From contig CM030333.1 in assembly GCA_017654855.1 (NCBI GenBank), positions 186,001 to 250,000 of the forward strand: 64,000 bases of DNA, given 5' to 3'. The stretch is from Podospora anserina. Taxonomy: Eukaryota. A model generated the notes under the pieces. It saw only the letters and a program-made list of their open reading frames with translations. It had not been told where the DNA came from and searched no databases. Below, one piece after another: positions 1-12,069 of this stretch (the stretch's first letter is position 1; each line of letters begins with the position of its first letter). The translations under genes were made by a program, and so were the position numbers.

Positions 1-1384
1 GGCGTCTTTCACCTCCTGGTAACAACACCACCCAAATTTTGATGCGGCATTTTTGTTAGTGGGTGAGAATGGCATGACCAAGTTAGAGACTTGGCATGTT
101 TGGGCGTGACCAGCCGCAAAAGTTGGACGTGTAACCTTCCTCTCCTACCAGGTATTGATTCTAAAACATTGAGAAAACCAGTCAAAAGCATTGCTCGGTT
201 TCTATCTCGTCAAGGAAGCGGGTACTTTTGGGCAGTCTAAGTGGACTCGAGTGAGCTACCACCTTGGAGAAAGTAGTGCCTCGTGATTGGCGTGGCTTAT
301 GATAGCACTCTTGCTAGACCTGGTTTTTGGGTTCTGTTTGCCTGGTCCCCGATGAAAAGCCACTGAGAACATGAATCAAACAACCCCGTAATCGAGCCTC
401 ATCACTATGAAACAGGTAACTGGTACTTCGCTACCTAAGCAGCTTCATAGCCGTCTAAATCCTGATGGTACTGTGAGGTTGGCCTGGTTCTCTCATTGTG
501 CAGCCACGTATGGGCAAAGAATATGTTCCTGGTTAGAACCATAGGCATATCACACGGCGAAGCAATATCGATACGCGCATGAAACATGAGTGTCCATTCG
601 GCACACATAACTTCTGACCAGCTACAATGTCTTGACATGCATGATGATGATCACTACCGCAGCGAAGCCACAAAGCGCGACTTGGGCGAACGCAATTCCT
701 ATACCTTACTAAATACTCGGCTACTGTGAAGCCCAACCCAAAGGAATCGATCCATGGTGCTGATTTCGGATTGCCCGAACCATCCAGCCTGACCCAACCC
801 TCTCAATTTGTGCACAAACAACGTTTACGGGGTAGAGGTATACTGGTGATGTTTGAAGCGCACCGGAGCCTGGCACATGGTCTCAACTGACGGAGGTAGG
901 TTGACCATTCACTGCAGTTTTATTTTCATCCAAGTAACCAAGGTAGACAGGTTCTGGACTTGCCAAAATTGTGTGTCACTCTTGGGCCCAAACATTATGC
1001 TTCTTCGCTGAAAAAAGGTGAAAACATAGAGTTGGGCATCCGTTTAAAATATTTTGATGGCGGTCATCTGCTTATAGATCATGGCAGCAAGGCCCACTTT
1101 CATGGGCAGCTGAATAGAAATATAACTTGGGGTATGTCTGGAATAATCTGTTAGTTATGATAGATATCGCTGCACAGTCCTGACAAGCCAGGAACGGTCC
1201 CATCTTACGCTTGAGCCCGAAAGTGTCTGCCTGCAGGAAACAATAACGACCTTGCCTGCCGCCGAGTCAGGTATTCTGCCCTTGCCAGTTCGACACTACA
1301 CGATCAGCCACTGGCTACATTCCGATTACTACCTACCTGGTACATTACTTACCTACTCAATCACTGTTTGCTATGGTCTAAAAC

Positions 1385-2633
1385 ATGAGTCTGTTCATTG
1401 TAAGATCATTCGCCGCATTTTTCTAGGAAGCTTTTAAACTGACAGAGTTTCTACCTAGGGCAGCAAATCTGCTTCTTCTCGTCAGGGTAGTCATATTTAC
1501 CGTGATAAGCACCCTTCCTTCAGCCATGGCTCCCGCAACAAGTATCGCGGTCGCGACCCCAAGGTCTCTGGTGCCACCCTAGTTGAAAATGAAGCTGGCG
1601 ATCGACCTCTCACTGGCACCTCATTCTTATTTGTGGTCAACGAACTCAACAACAACTATGAGGCTCAGACTTACGGAAGCGAGCCACTTCGGGATCAGTG
1701 GTTGAACTTCATGCCCCCTGAACGCGCGGATGAGTACTTGGATGAATGGCCGGGAATGGTATTCCGGTATCTGCAGGAACCGCAAGGCGGCGTCATCACT
1801 CCGGCTGATGGGTATCGGTGGTGTGTTACCGAAACGAGAAACCAAACAGAAAAGAAGTTTGCTGACGCAGCCACGGTATCAAAACAACAGGTACCGCCCT
1901 GGCCGAGGACACGAAGGTCATATCGTTCGAGTCGATACGGCAGGCAACATCACCGGCCACCCCATTATTTGCCGTCAAGCGACCATTTTCTCCTGTAGCA
2001 ACCACCTACCCGTGATTGTTGGGCCTGGTGACGCATCTCTTGGTAACTCGAGAGTTGTACGCCATGTCCTGGACAGCGACAACATGTTTTACTGGAGCCT
2101 CCTGCACATTAGCCGCTGGGATGATGGCTCCAACATCAGTTATGTCAACTCCGAGGGGCGAGGTGTGCCTTCTGTCGTCGGTAGAAACCCTTCTTGGATT
2201 CCCTCGCTCGTTCCTCAGGTGTATTGGAATCCAAATGCAAACCTGGTGTCAGGTGGGCTGTCTGGTGACTTGTCCGTCTTGATTGGGCTTATGGCTTTCC
2301 ACAGCAGGGTAGGAAGGGCGAGTGACGTGTTCATCTCGCAAAAATGGCATCACAATCGGTGGATTGGAAGTCAGCACGCACCGACACATGGTAAGTTCAT
2401 CGCTCTATGTGCCTCCACCCCCAACATGAAGAGTGTTTCTGAACGTCTGGCTAACGGCACAAATAGTGCCAAGAACCCAAGAGGAAAATCCGCGCGGCTT
2501 TTTTGTCCAAGTGTGTCTGGACAATCTGGTAAGGGGACTGGAGGACAGTGATGAGAACAACATCCGGGCTGAGGACTGCTTGCAGCATGTTTTGGCACTG
2601 GAATGGCACAGTGTTCTTGTCAGAGAGAACTGA
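1385..2633 (+). CDS. Hypothetical protein, 4 exons
   Basis: ATG at 1385. Three GT-AG introns with CTRAC branch sites (about 1400-1458, 1821-1890, 2391-2466) join the ORF-track pieces 1633.., 1730.. and 2433..2633 into one frame (..PADGYRW|YRPGRGHEGH..SWIPSLVPQVY..GLSGDLSVLIGLMAF..LEWHSVLVREN*). Family not recognised. Confidence 0.7.
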
Positions 2634-4801
2634 CCAAGATCAAACTAGGTACTTTCGGGTAGCTTTGCACCATTTATTCGAGCCTTATTTCATGACTCCG
2701 AGTAGAGGGCTGAGCACCGGGATACCTAGTAATCCAATATATATGGCGGTACTGGTGAATACACACATATTTTCTCTTGCATACCGAAGTCCCCAGCCGC
2801 ATCCTGATGTCCCAGATAACCAAGCCGTCATCACGATTACCTCCCCAACAGCGGGTTGGCGATGTGCCATGTGGGATAAGCTTTTTGCATATTTCGCAGC
2901 TTGGATCTCCTTGTTTGGGCTGACTTATCATTGCCACACTTTGCCAGGCGACAAGACTATTGATTCCGAGCTTTCCACCACCCTCTACATGGTTGGCTAA
3001 CGTCAAGGAGGCATTGGGTCGGTGAGTAAACACCCTTTCGGACTCGCTCACCAACATCCCGCCAAGTTCCGAGAATAAGCTATGTGATTTGTTTCCACTC
3101 CTGCAAAATATTTGGTTGGTGGCTCATGTTGGCATCCTACCTACTATCTGTAGTTGGAGCTCGGAAATCCTTTCGTTTCTCCAAGCGCCTACATTGAAAA
3201 CCACCATCCGAACATCAAGAAGCCCAGAGTGTGATATGGATACCATCTACCTGTGTCCAGTAAGCCTGAATGCTGGCGGCACTGCACTGAAAAATAGCGT
3301 GGGCGCCATGATGCTTACCTGACATGTAGCTCTTTCAATCTGGTGGGATATCAGATATTTTCTCGGCAGCGGAGAACTTTGTCTACAAGTCTGATGGAGA
3401 CAAACATCGAATCGTCGCGTTGAGCCTGGGTAGATTCACATGTGCTTATTTTTGTGTCTGGTGACTTTGGCCGAAACAGCTTCCAGAATCTTCCCTAGAC
3501 AGGAATGGCAGGCGATGTCAGAGTTCCAAAACAGGTCGACAAATTCACACACCCAGGCAACATAGCACTAATGCATCCTGCTCAGCTCACATGGATGCAT
3601 TGGGGGTCCCAACAAGAGTGTGTGTGGAGGCCCATCTGCGTCTCTGTTTCGCTACCAGCAATGGGTATTGGGATAAGGAATATCTTGATAGGTAGATCGC
3701 CAGGCTCAAACCAACCACAACAGTACCAACGGGTCCTTCGATGCATGACAGAAGTAGGTAGTGAGAAAGAGTTGCGACTGAATGTTTTGCTGGACCGAGC
3801 TTCAGCTCAACAACATCGGGCTTTGAGAACGCGGCGAGATAACCCAAAAAAAATCATACAGAGTATAAGCTACGTACCTAGGTACCCGATCAAATCTGTG
3901 CTTCAAATTCAAATACAGATGATGGAGGGGTGAGACGGATGACGTTATGACAATGCTTGGGAAGAGTAAGCAGCCTGGCACCCGACTCCTCTATGGCTTC
4001 TCCGGCTGGCGGTGTGGGAATTACGTCTCTCATTGCCGTTGCAGATAATGATCAGACCAATAGTCTGCAGGGCGAACACTTCAAGGTCATGTTCAACTAG
4101 ATCACGAGCCAGCTGCAAGAATCTGCCTGGCTCCTGGCATTCCAGTCTCGAGAGACCCATGTATCTTGACAAATAGCAGTTCTTCAATCACGTCTGACTT
4201 GCATGCTCTCCGATTAAGTGATGTGCTGAGTAAAATGAAAAAATCCAAAGTACCGAGCGGACCGATTCCCTTTTGCGATCAGGCACCCGACCCGTAGCTT
4301 GCAAGCAGCTGCGATGTGTCAGGCACCGAACAATCAGGTGTCATTGGCTTCATGCCACGCTGTTCTCTCTTGATAGGCTACCCACTGAGCATGAAGAGGG
4401 AGCCAGAGAATGGTGGCTGACCATCAATTAACCAGTTTGAGCGTAGAAACGAAATCTTACTTGCATGATCTCAGGTCAGGAACGAGAGAGCTCAAGGAGT
4501 CAAGAGCAAACGTGAACTTTCATGGAGTGTGGCGTGTGGCAGTGCAATAAATTTTACCTATTTGCTCAGCATCATTCCTAGTACCTTTTTTTTGTCCATA
4601 ACGCGGCGTCGAAAAAGATGGTGTGCCTTCTTTTGCCATATATCCAGGCAGGTGTGTCTGTGCCTGGTCTTCCAGATGTGTACTTATCCCTCAGCAAGCC
4701 CAGAAGATTTTTGAGTTGCGATTGAGTCCAAGGGCCTCCCATCTTCATCTCTCTTCCAAGTGCCTACCTCGGTAGGTACCTTGGTCAAAGTCAGGTTCAC
4801 G

Positions 4802-6493
4802 ATGGCACCCACCATCGAAGAACTATATCCCGAGTACACTCTTACTTCTTCTATCGACAAACTACGTTCCGAGCACTATGCTCACCTTGATGAGAAAAAC
4901 CATGTTTATCTTGACTATACCGGATCAGGCCTTGCCTCTGCTTTTCAGCTGACCCACTCTTCAGTTCGACTTTCATCCACGCTTTATGGCAATCCTCACA
5001 GCATCAACCCCTCCAGCCAAGCATCCACCAATGCCATCATAGCTACGCGGCTCAAAGTCTTGCAGCACCTGAATACGGATGCGGAAGAGTATGAGGTCAT
5101 CTTCACAGCCAACGCCACAGAGGCCGCAAAACTTGTTGGAGAATCGTACGCATTCACTAAGGGAACGAAGTTAGTGTTGACGGCGGATAATCATAATTCC
5201 ATCAACGGACTTAGGGAGTTTGCAGGAAGGAAGGGAAGCAGTACCGTTTACATACCCTTCTCATCTCCCGACATGAGAATCAATGACGAGGATTTCATAA
5301 AGGCTCTTTCGGCGGCACGACCGGGGCGGAAAGCTACTCTGAGTACTGGAATCAACCGGTTGGCCAAATCACTTCTGGGGTGCCAGCCTTGGAGAAGAAA
5401 AACAGGTGACGCTGCCGGCCGCGAGGATGGAATGAAGCGCTGTTCCACGTCAAATACCAATCCAAACCAGGATGCTTCTTGTGACAACCCTGCCCTTTAC
5501 AAGGCCTTTCTCCGGCCCTCTTGCCAATCGTCACTAGTACCTCCACAAAGTGCCAGCACCGCACCGGCAAGACCACTGGAAAAAACGACGCGCCATGGAC
5601 TCTTTGCTTACCCAGCCCAAAGCAACTTTACCGGCGTCCGTCATCCGTTGGCGTGGGTCACCTACGCCCAACGCCAAGGGTATGATGTGCTGCTCGACGC
5701 AGCCGCCTACCTGCCTACCACTAGGCTCGACATGTCTATTACCAAGCCCGAGTTTCTCATTATCAGTTGGTACAAACTCTTCGGGTTCCCTACCGGTGTG
5801 GGCTGTCTGGTTGTGAAAAAGGAAGCCCTGTCCAGGCTCGTAAGGCCCTGGTTCTCTGGGGGCACCATTCAAGCTGTCACGGTGGGGGTCCCTTGGCATC
5901 TGAAGGCGAGGGGGGCTGAGGGATTCGAAGATGGGACAGTGAATTTCCTGGGCATTCCTGAGGTGATGTTTGGCCTGGAGTGGATCAATGCAGTTGGCCT
6001 GCAGGTTATTGGGCTGCGAGTCAGGTGCTTGACTGACTGGTTCTTGAAGAGGTTGGCCGCCTTGAGACACTCGGACAGGACACCAATGGCTAGAATATAC
6101 GGACCAGAAAATATGGACATGCGAGGAGGCACCGTTGCTTTTAATCTGCTGGACTCTGGCGGTAAGGTTGTAGACGAGCGATTAGTCGGGCAAGAGTCGG
6201 CAGCGGCCGGAATTTCACTCAGGACAGGGTGTTTTTGTAACCCTGGGGCCGGGGAGGCTGCCATGGGCTTGACTGTGGCTTCTCTGCGTAGGCTGGCCAC
6301 GGCTACAGCGCAGATGAGAGGGATGGATGACTTTGTCGAGGTTCTTGGCTTGCCATCAGCTGGAGCTATCCGCGTCTCATTCGGGATCGCTTCCACTTCT
6401 ACCGACGTTGATAGGTTTTTCGAGTTTGTGGAAAAGACATACCGGGATCGAGTGACAACCTCTGAGGGTCTTTTCCCGAGAGAGTCCTGCTAG
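4802..6493 (+). CDS. PLP-dependent aminotransferase class V (Moco-sulfurase/cysteine-desulfurase-like, no MOSC domain)
   Basis: Motifs YLDYTGS, YGNPHS, FTANAT, LDAAAY, SWYKLFGFPTG (PLP lysine), FEDGTVNF, RTGCFCNPG; first ATG at 4802. Confidence 0.9.
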   Translation: MAPTIEELYPEYTLTSSIDKLRSEHYAHLDEKNHVYLDYTGSGLASAFQLTHSSVRLSSTLYGNPHSINPSSQASTNAIIATRLKVLQHLNTDAEEYEVIFTANATEAAKLVGESYAFTKGTKLVLTADNHNSINGLREFAGRKGSSTVYIPFSSPDMRINDEDFIKALSAARPGRKATLSTGINRLAKSLLGCQPWRRKTGDAAGREDGMKRCSTSNTNPNQDASCDNPALYKAFLRPSCQSSLVPPQSASTAPARPLEKTTRHGLFAYPAQSNFTGVRHPLAWVTYAQRQGYDVLLDAAAYLPTTRLDMSITKPEFLIISWYKLFGFPTGVGCLVVKKEALSRLVRPWFSGGTIQAVTVGVPWHLKARGAEGFEDGTVNFLGIPEVMFGLEWINAVGLQVIGLRVRCLTDWFLKRLAALRHSDRTPMARIYGPENMDMRGGTVAFNLLDSGGKVVDERLVGQESAAAGISLRTGCFCNPGAGEAAMGLTVASLRRLATATAQMRGMDDFVEVLGLPSAGAIRVSFGIASTSTDVDRFFEFVEKTYRDRVTTSEGLFPRESC

Positions 6494-6664
6494 TCACGGC
6501 CTTACCATGGTGTAGTACCTTACTGTAACTTGAAGAGAAACTTCCATCTGCTTTGGCTTTTTTTGTGTTTTGTATATGTCATGAGAGTACAACCAACCAT
6601 TTGACAAAGTCGAAACCGGCCTTCTCGATACTGGCCTTTCACCTAACAACCCATGCCCACGTGC

Positions 6665-7513
6665 CTATGCGTCACCACGAGCCAACCGCTTCCGCTTCCC
6701 TTTCCCCTTTCCAGATCCACTGCCAGTGTTCATCACGGTAATCGTATGTACAAATCTCAACGTTCCCTTCTCGACTCGGAACTCGTGACTGTCCGGTATG
6801 CCGCTGAAGCTCAAGAAAATGGAGACGGCGCCTACCGTCTCGTCAATCACATACCTCCGGTCCACCAGCTGCACACCGCTCGGGATGCCCACGTCGCACC
6901 TGTCATTTTGCCCACCGTTGCCTGTATAGGCGCCTCCCTCCAGTCTAGCACAAGGCCTGCCCCACGGCACAACGACAGACTTGTCATGAAAGATGTCACA
7001 GTACGCATCCCCAGCGGCCTTGATCACCTCTCTCGAGTCTCTATCTGCCTCGGGAATCGTCCCCCAATTCTCACGGGATGCCCAGCGCAGGGTTCCGGTT
7101 GCGTTGAAAAGCCAATCGCCCGTGGTGGTGGACAAGAGATCAACCTTTGTGATCTGTGCTGACGTGAAAAACATCTGCACGCCAATCACGTAAGGCTGCG
7201 CGCCCGTGGCCGAGATAATCTCGGTATAGGTGGCGCATTGTGTCGTGTCGAGGCTGTGGCGTGAGAAGTCGATCTTGGTAGCACGGGTCAAGGAAGAGCC
7301 TGACGTGAGGGAAGCATTGCGAAAATTCTCGTGGTAGACGGCTGAGGGAGAAAGCGGCTGTAGCAGCGCAGGGTTGCCGGCTGTCTGCGCGGCGAGAAGG
7401 CTGTCGGCTGCCGTCTTGAGGAAATCTCTGGTGCAGGCCGGCTGCGCTTGCACGCCAGACCCCTTGATCACCAAGAGGGTCGAGAGGAGGAGCGAGGTGA
7501 GTGAATGCATCAT
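6665..7513 (-). CDS. Secreted protein of unknown function, 282 aa
   Basis: Signal peptide, several Cys, single long ORF, TATA-like ATAAATA about 95 bp upstream. Confidence 0.8.
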   Translation of the reverse strand: MMHSLTSLLLSTLLVIKGSGVQAQPACTRDFLKTAADSLLAAQTAGNPALLQPLSPSAVYHENFRNASLTSGSSLTRATKIDFSRHSLDTTQCATYTEIISATGAQPYVIGVQMFFTSAQITKVDLLSTTTGDWLFNATGTLRWASRENWGTIPEADRDSREVIKAAGDAYCDIFHDKSVVVPWGRPCARLEGGAYTGNGGQNDRCDVGIPSGVQLVDRRYVIDETVGAVSIFLSFSGIPDSHEFRVEKGTLRFVHTITVMNTGSGSGKGKGKRKRLARGDA

Positions 7514-8142
7514 CAGGGTCGTGTTGGAACACCAGGCAACTGCTATCCGCGTGTAGAAAGCACGAACAGGAGAGGTGCAAACCGAGGACTTGTCTAAAAG
7601 CGCCCCTATTTATGCACTGTCCATTCGAGGCTAATGTGGTGAACGGGTAATATATCAACCCCCTGGTTCCCCAACTTCAATCAATATTGAAGGGACGTTA
7701 TGAAGAGAGGGGAGACAGTTTCGGCAGTTTGGATCACGTTGGTTGATTGGTAGGGAAGCGTTGATCCAAAATACATTCCCCCTCTGTCACCGGCCTCAAG
7801 CCGGTGTGGCTGTCTTTGGTTGACTTGTTGCCTCTTGGGCTCTTTTTGCCAACAAATCCCTGTCGTTTTCGAGGACTCCCAGCAGCCCATGAACCTTCGA
7901 TGTCGTGGAAGTAAGCTTTGGCATACATCTTCAAGCTGCCCAACTGAAAAAAAGGCAAACTCAGCGTAATAGAATGCCCAGTATTATTAAATTCGTATCC
8001 CATTTAAGTGGTCAAAGTGGCCCCCCTCTCCATCACCCAATGCCAGACACATACCGGGCCACTGTGATCCTCCTCATGTTGCTTCTAGTACCCAACTCTC
8101 TTGTACGTCAAAGGTCGTGCTGTTGACTCCGACAGGACCGAC

Positions 8143-9551
8143 TCACACGGCGTCTGGTAGTCTGACAGCAATATCTCCCGATTGCGTGATGTAACGCACC
8201 CATGGGAGTGATGGGTATTGAAGCTAATGGACGAGTCAATGAGAACACGGTCAAAAACGCAAACAAGGGCAGAGCAAGCACATACCTTGGGCTCTGTGAT
8301 CTTGAGGTAGCGCACTTGGATGCCGCTGGTGGTGAAGTAGGGAATCTCGAACTTGACCTGAATGGGTCGCTTGGCACCCTTGCCAGGAGCTCCCACGCCA
8401 CCCATGCTCCCCCCGAAGCCACCCGTCATGCCACCGCCATGCTCGTCGTCACCTCGCACACTGGGTAAGCCGAGCTCGGCACGCATGAGAAACTCCTTGC
8501 CGCCACCAAACTGCTTGATCTTCCAAACGATGGCACTCTGCTCTGGCGCATAGTGCACCGATCCGACGTTGGTTCGGAAGCGTGGTGTATCGGCGTCGTC
8601 GGGCACCGGAACAATAATCTCGACGTTGTTCGCCGTACTGCGGCGCTTGAATTGCGCCCTGGCCTTGAGCATGTATTCTATTCGCGATCCACTGTGCGAC
8701 TCGACAACACACTCGACCCAGATGAGCGGCTTGACCTGGGTGTTGAGACGATATGACATGAGCTCAAATTCTCCGTCAGGGGGGATGAAGCTGATGGTTC
8801 GGTCGTTCTCGAAACGCGACAGACGCACACACTGGTGGAATTTGACATCCTCCATCTCAATGGCCTTGCCACGCGTCGTCCGCCCCGTGCTTTCGAACAT
8901 GACCTTGTCGTTGAGGCCCAGCCGCAGCTCGGGCATGCCAGACAAGTAACACTTCATCTTGATGGCACCCAGAATTTCCGATCGCAACACATTGCCGTTG
9001 GCTGACACGAGAAGGTTGAGCGATTCAATAACATCCAGAAACACCTCGTTTTTGCGGTAGCGGATACCCTCGGAGCGCCACGACACGGCGTTGGTGACAG
9101 CAATGGGCGGACGAGCCTGAATCTCGAGCTTGTGCGACTCCTGGGTGATGTACTCTTGCAGAATCTTGGACTCGGTAGTCTGGGGGTAGCCAAAGTCCAT
9201 CATCTCGTCGAGAAGCTCGTATATAATGACAAAGTTGTCTCGAATAGACTCCTCCTCGAGCGCCTTGAAGTACTCGGTAAACACCTCAACAATCTTGTGG
9301 AGAAAAAGGAGAATCTCGGCGGCATTGGTGTTTCGTTTCGTCAGGGCGAGTAGATAGAGGTTATTGTGTCTGATGTAGAGGTAGTTGATACCCTCGTGGG
9401 AGAAACAAGGGGGGACGGCCGACGACTCTTCTTCGGCTTCGCTGAGGAGGATGGGGAACTTTTCGACGGCTGACATGGGTATATCTCCACGATAGTTTCG
9501 GGCGAGGAGGGTTTTGCCCTTTAGGTCGAGAAAGAAGATGGCTGAAGCCAT
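8143..9551 (-). CDS. APM1: AP-1 clathrin adaptor complex medium (mu1) subunit
   Basis: MASAIFFLDLKGK..RDNFVIIYELLDEMMDFGYPQ..ISFIPPDGEFELMSY; intron 8224-8285 (GTATGT..TAG) gives C-terminus LQYPSLPWVRYITQSGDIAVRLPDAV*. Confidence 0.97.
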
Positions 9552-11636
9552 AGTACAGTGACGGTATGGGGATGGCGATGGGAACGCTTCGCAGGAGCTC
9601 CCGTCGAGAGCGATTGGGGGGGATCGGTCGGGCTGAGAGACTTTAGGACGCGGATTGAATCGTAATTGTTGCTACAAGTACTCCCATTACCCAAAGCAAT
9701 GGAGTGATGGCCGTCGGTGTTGTCGTCGCTATCTTGTCGTCGCAGGCGTTGTTGTGTCGTTGAACAGCCAGCTGCTAGACACCCTGGAAGGTCCCGTCGC
9801 TATTGTCAACCAAGGAGATGCCACAGGCCACAACCCTGACGTTGCTCCATTGTGGAGCGTGCGCTGGCCAGGCTGGCCAGGAGGGTTCTGAAGCTTAAGC
9901 CTGAGGCACTGTGGCGCCAGTGTGGAAGTGCCTTCTAGGTTCTTGTGGCTTGCCGCCGGTGAAAGGCAAAACCAGGCTTCCGGCTTGGCTTTCTGTGCGG
10001 CCTGGGCATGCTTTTGAAGGTGGGGTTCATGGACATGGAGCGACAGGTGGTCAGTGCCCTTCGGCTACCCCACCAATTGGTTTTGCTCAAAAGAAATTCT
10101 CACTGCGTTTTTTTCTCCTCTTCCTTTTCCTTTCCTCAACGCGCCCATTAGACAGTGCTATCATCATGCGCACAACAAGAACCGGCATTCTGTCAGTTCC
10201 GAACCGTGCCGCCGTGGATGAATATGCGATTTCGAGGCGCGGAGATGAAGGATTTTCCGCTAACGGTTCCATAAGAACTGGCCGAGTATCTCTCTTACTG
10301 CTTGGCCGGTGTCAGAGGAACCGGACATTTTTGGCTCTTGCCAATTCTCACATGCTACAGTACATCTTGAGGTGACCGGATAACCACGCCCGGAGCCTCC
10401 TTCCACGTACACTCTCCATGCAAGGGACCCCTCCGAAATCCCAACAAAAAAAAGAGCTAGGTGAACTTTTGGGCAATCAAAGTGGGTGGCACCGTGGACA
10501 GCTAGACAGCCACACAGCCCTGGATGGCGGAGGACTGATGTCGGGCCTGATGAATGAATTCCGTCAGGAACTTTGCATGTGATGGTGGACAGTGGAGCCT
10601 TTCCTGCAAGTCTGTGACAAAGCACCTGAGCGCGTTCAGGGCCGAGAGCTGGCTCCAAGATAAAGCCGCTCTACATCTCTTCAGTCCGACATGTGCTTTT
10701 CCACCTGGAAACAGGTTCCTTGCCAGGCACTGAGTGCACCTCACTATCTGACCTTCTTCTTCGCACTCAGAACATCTGAAAGCAGCAAATTTGATGAAGA
10801 CTGTGCGTCAAGCTTCTGCCGGGCTGCACATGACGTGTGTTCGGTACCGTATGTAAAAGTAAAATACACTCCGTAAGCTATCTGCGTGTCTGCTACCCTG
10901 TCTGTGTTGCACAGGCCGTCTTCGAGAGAAGCTCAGAACCAGAACCCCGCCTTACCCACGTTTGGTGGAGCAATGGCAACGTCTTGGTTGTTTCTTTTTC
11001 GTATCTTATTCGGCTGGCTTTTCTCTTTCATTTCTATGTACCTACCTACACTATGTCCCGTGGACTATGGACGGAGGCATGCACTACTAGGTATAGAGAA
11101 GGATACGTCCACACGAGGCGCCTTCTCAGTACCCGTGACAATTCAATATGGATTTGACGTACGTGCTACATTTGCAGCCAAAAGTGCATTTTACGAATCA
11201 ACCGGAATTTGCGAATCAACGAACCTGACCATGGTGGAAGCCATGGCCAGTGCCGATTTTGAAGGCCTGACAAGTAGTGTGGGTTCAGGCACGATTGAAG
11301 GTAGCGCACCCGTGCCCGTGCCTGCGGGAGGGAGCATGTGCAAATCCCCAGGCTCACATGGAGGGAAGGAAGGGTGCGTTGCCGAAAATCCTGCCCGCTC
11401 TCTCGCCTCAACCCTTTTCCAAGAAGCAAAGAAGCCCCTCCCCAATCCGTCCCCTTCCATCCATCCAATCAATCACTCACTATTTGACTAAACCACCTAG
11501 TGTTACCTACTGCCCTTTTGCGGCTTCTCTTCCTAGCGGACACCTACCAGTCGCCTGACGCCAATTGCCAAGTGTCTAACCCGAACCCCGGTCAGCTAAT
11601 GCCGGTCTTCTTTGCCCGTGCTTGAATTGCTTGATT

Positions 11637-11661
11637 ATTCATTCATTCATTCATTCATTCA
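11637..11661 (+). repeat. (ATTC)n microsatellite
   Basis: About 6 tandem ATTC units upstream of the Opi1-like gene. Confidence 0.85.
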
Positions 11662-12069
11662 TTGATATTATCGGCCCCCCTCCCCCAACCCTCCCAGTCG
11701 CTTGACCATTATTGCTTCGTTCTTCAATCTGTTACTCTTCCTCCCCTCCCCTCCTGCCAACGCCTGCTCCCACATCACGTCCGCACGTCCGCTCCCCAAC
11801 CAGCACCAGCTCTCCAGCTATTACTACCCTGCGCTTGTAGCATCTGACACCGACGATCCAAGTTCCATCTCCAGCGAACAGGTCCCGAGCAGGCGGAGCG
11901 CTGATTCGCGGTCTGGTCTCTCTGAACCATCCAGCAAAACCTCAGCCCTGCGACTCCTCCAAATGACGACGGTCTCTTAGCAGCGAATCCGCTGAATTAT
12001 AGCCTCTGCAGTAGGAGCCCCCGGTTGTGCACCCAGGCCCGCGTTGCTGGGAAGGGCACCTCCGGCAAC

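Noticed and set aside
2548-4200. Short ORFs (150, 142 and 80 aa)
   Set aside because: No recognisable motifs or consistent exon structure; a decayed gene cannot be excluded
9655-11980. ORFs in the AP-1 mu / Opi1-like intergenic region, including the 201-aa one
   Set aside because: Mostly non-ATG starts and no domain signal; more likely promoter or long 5' leader
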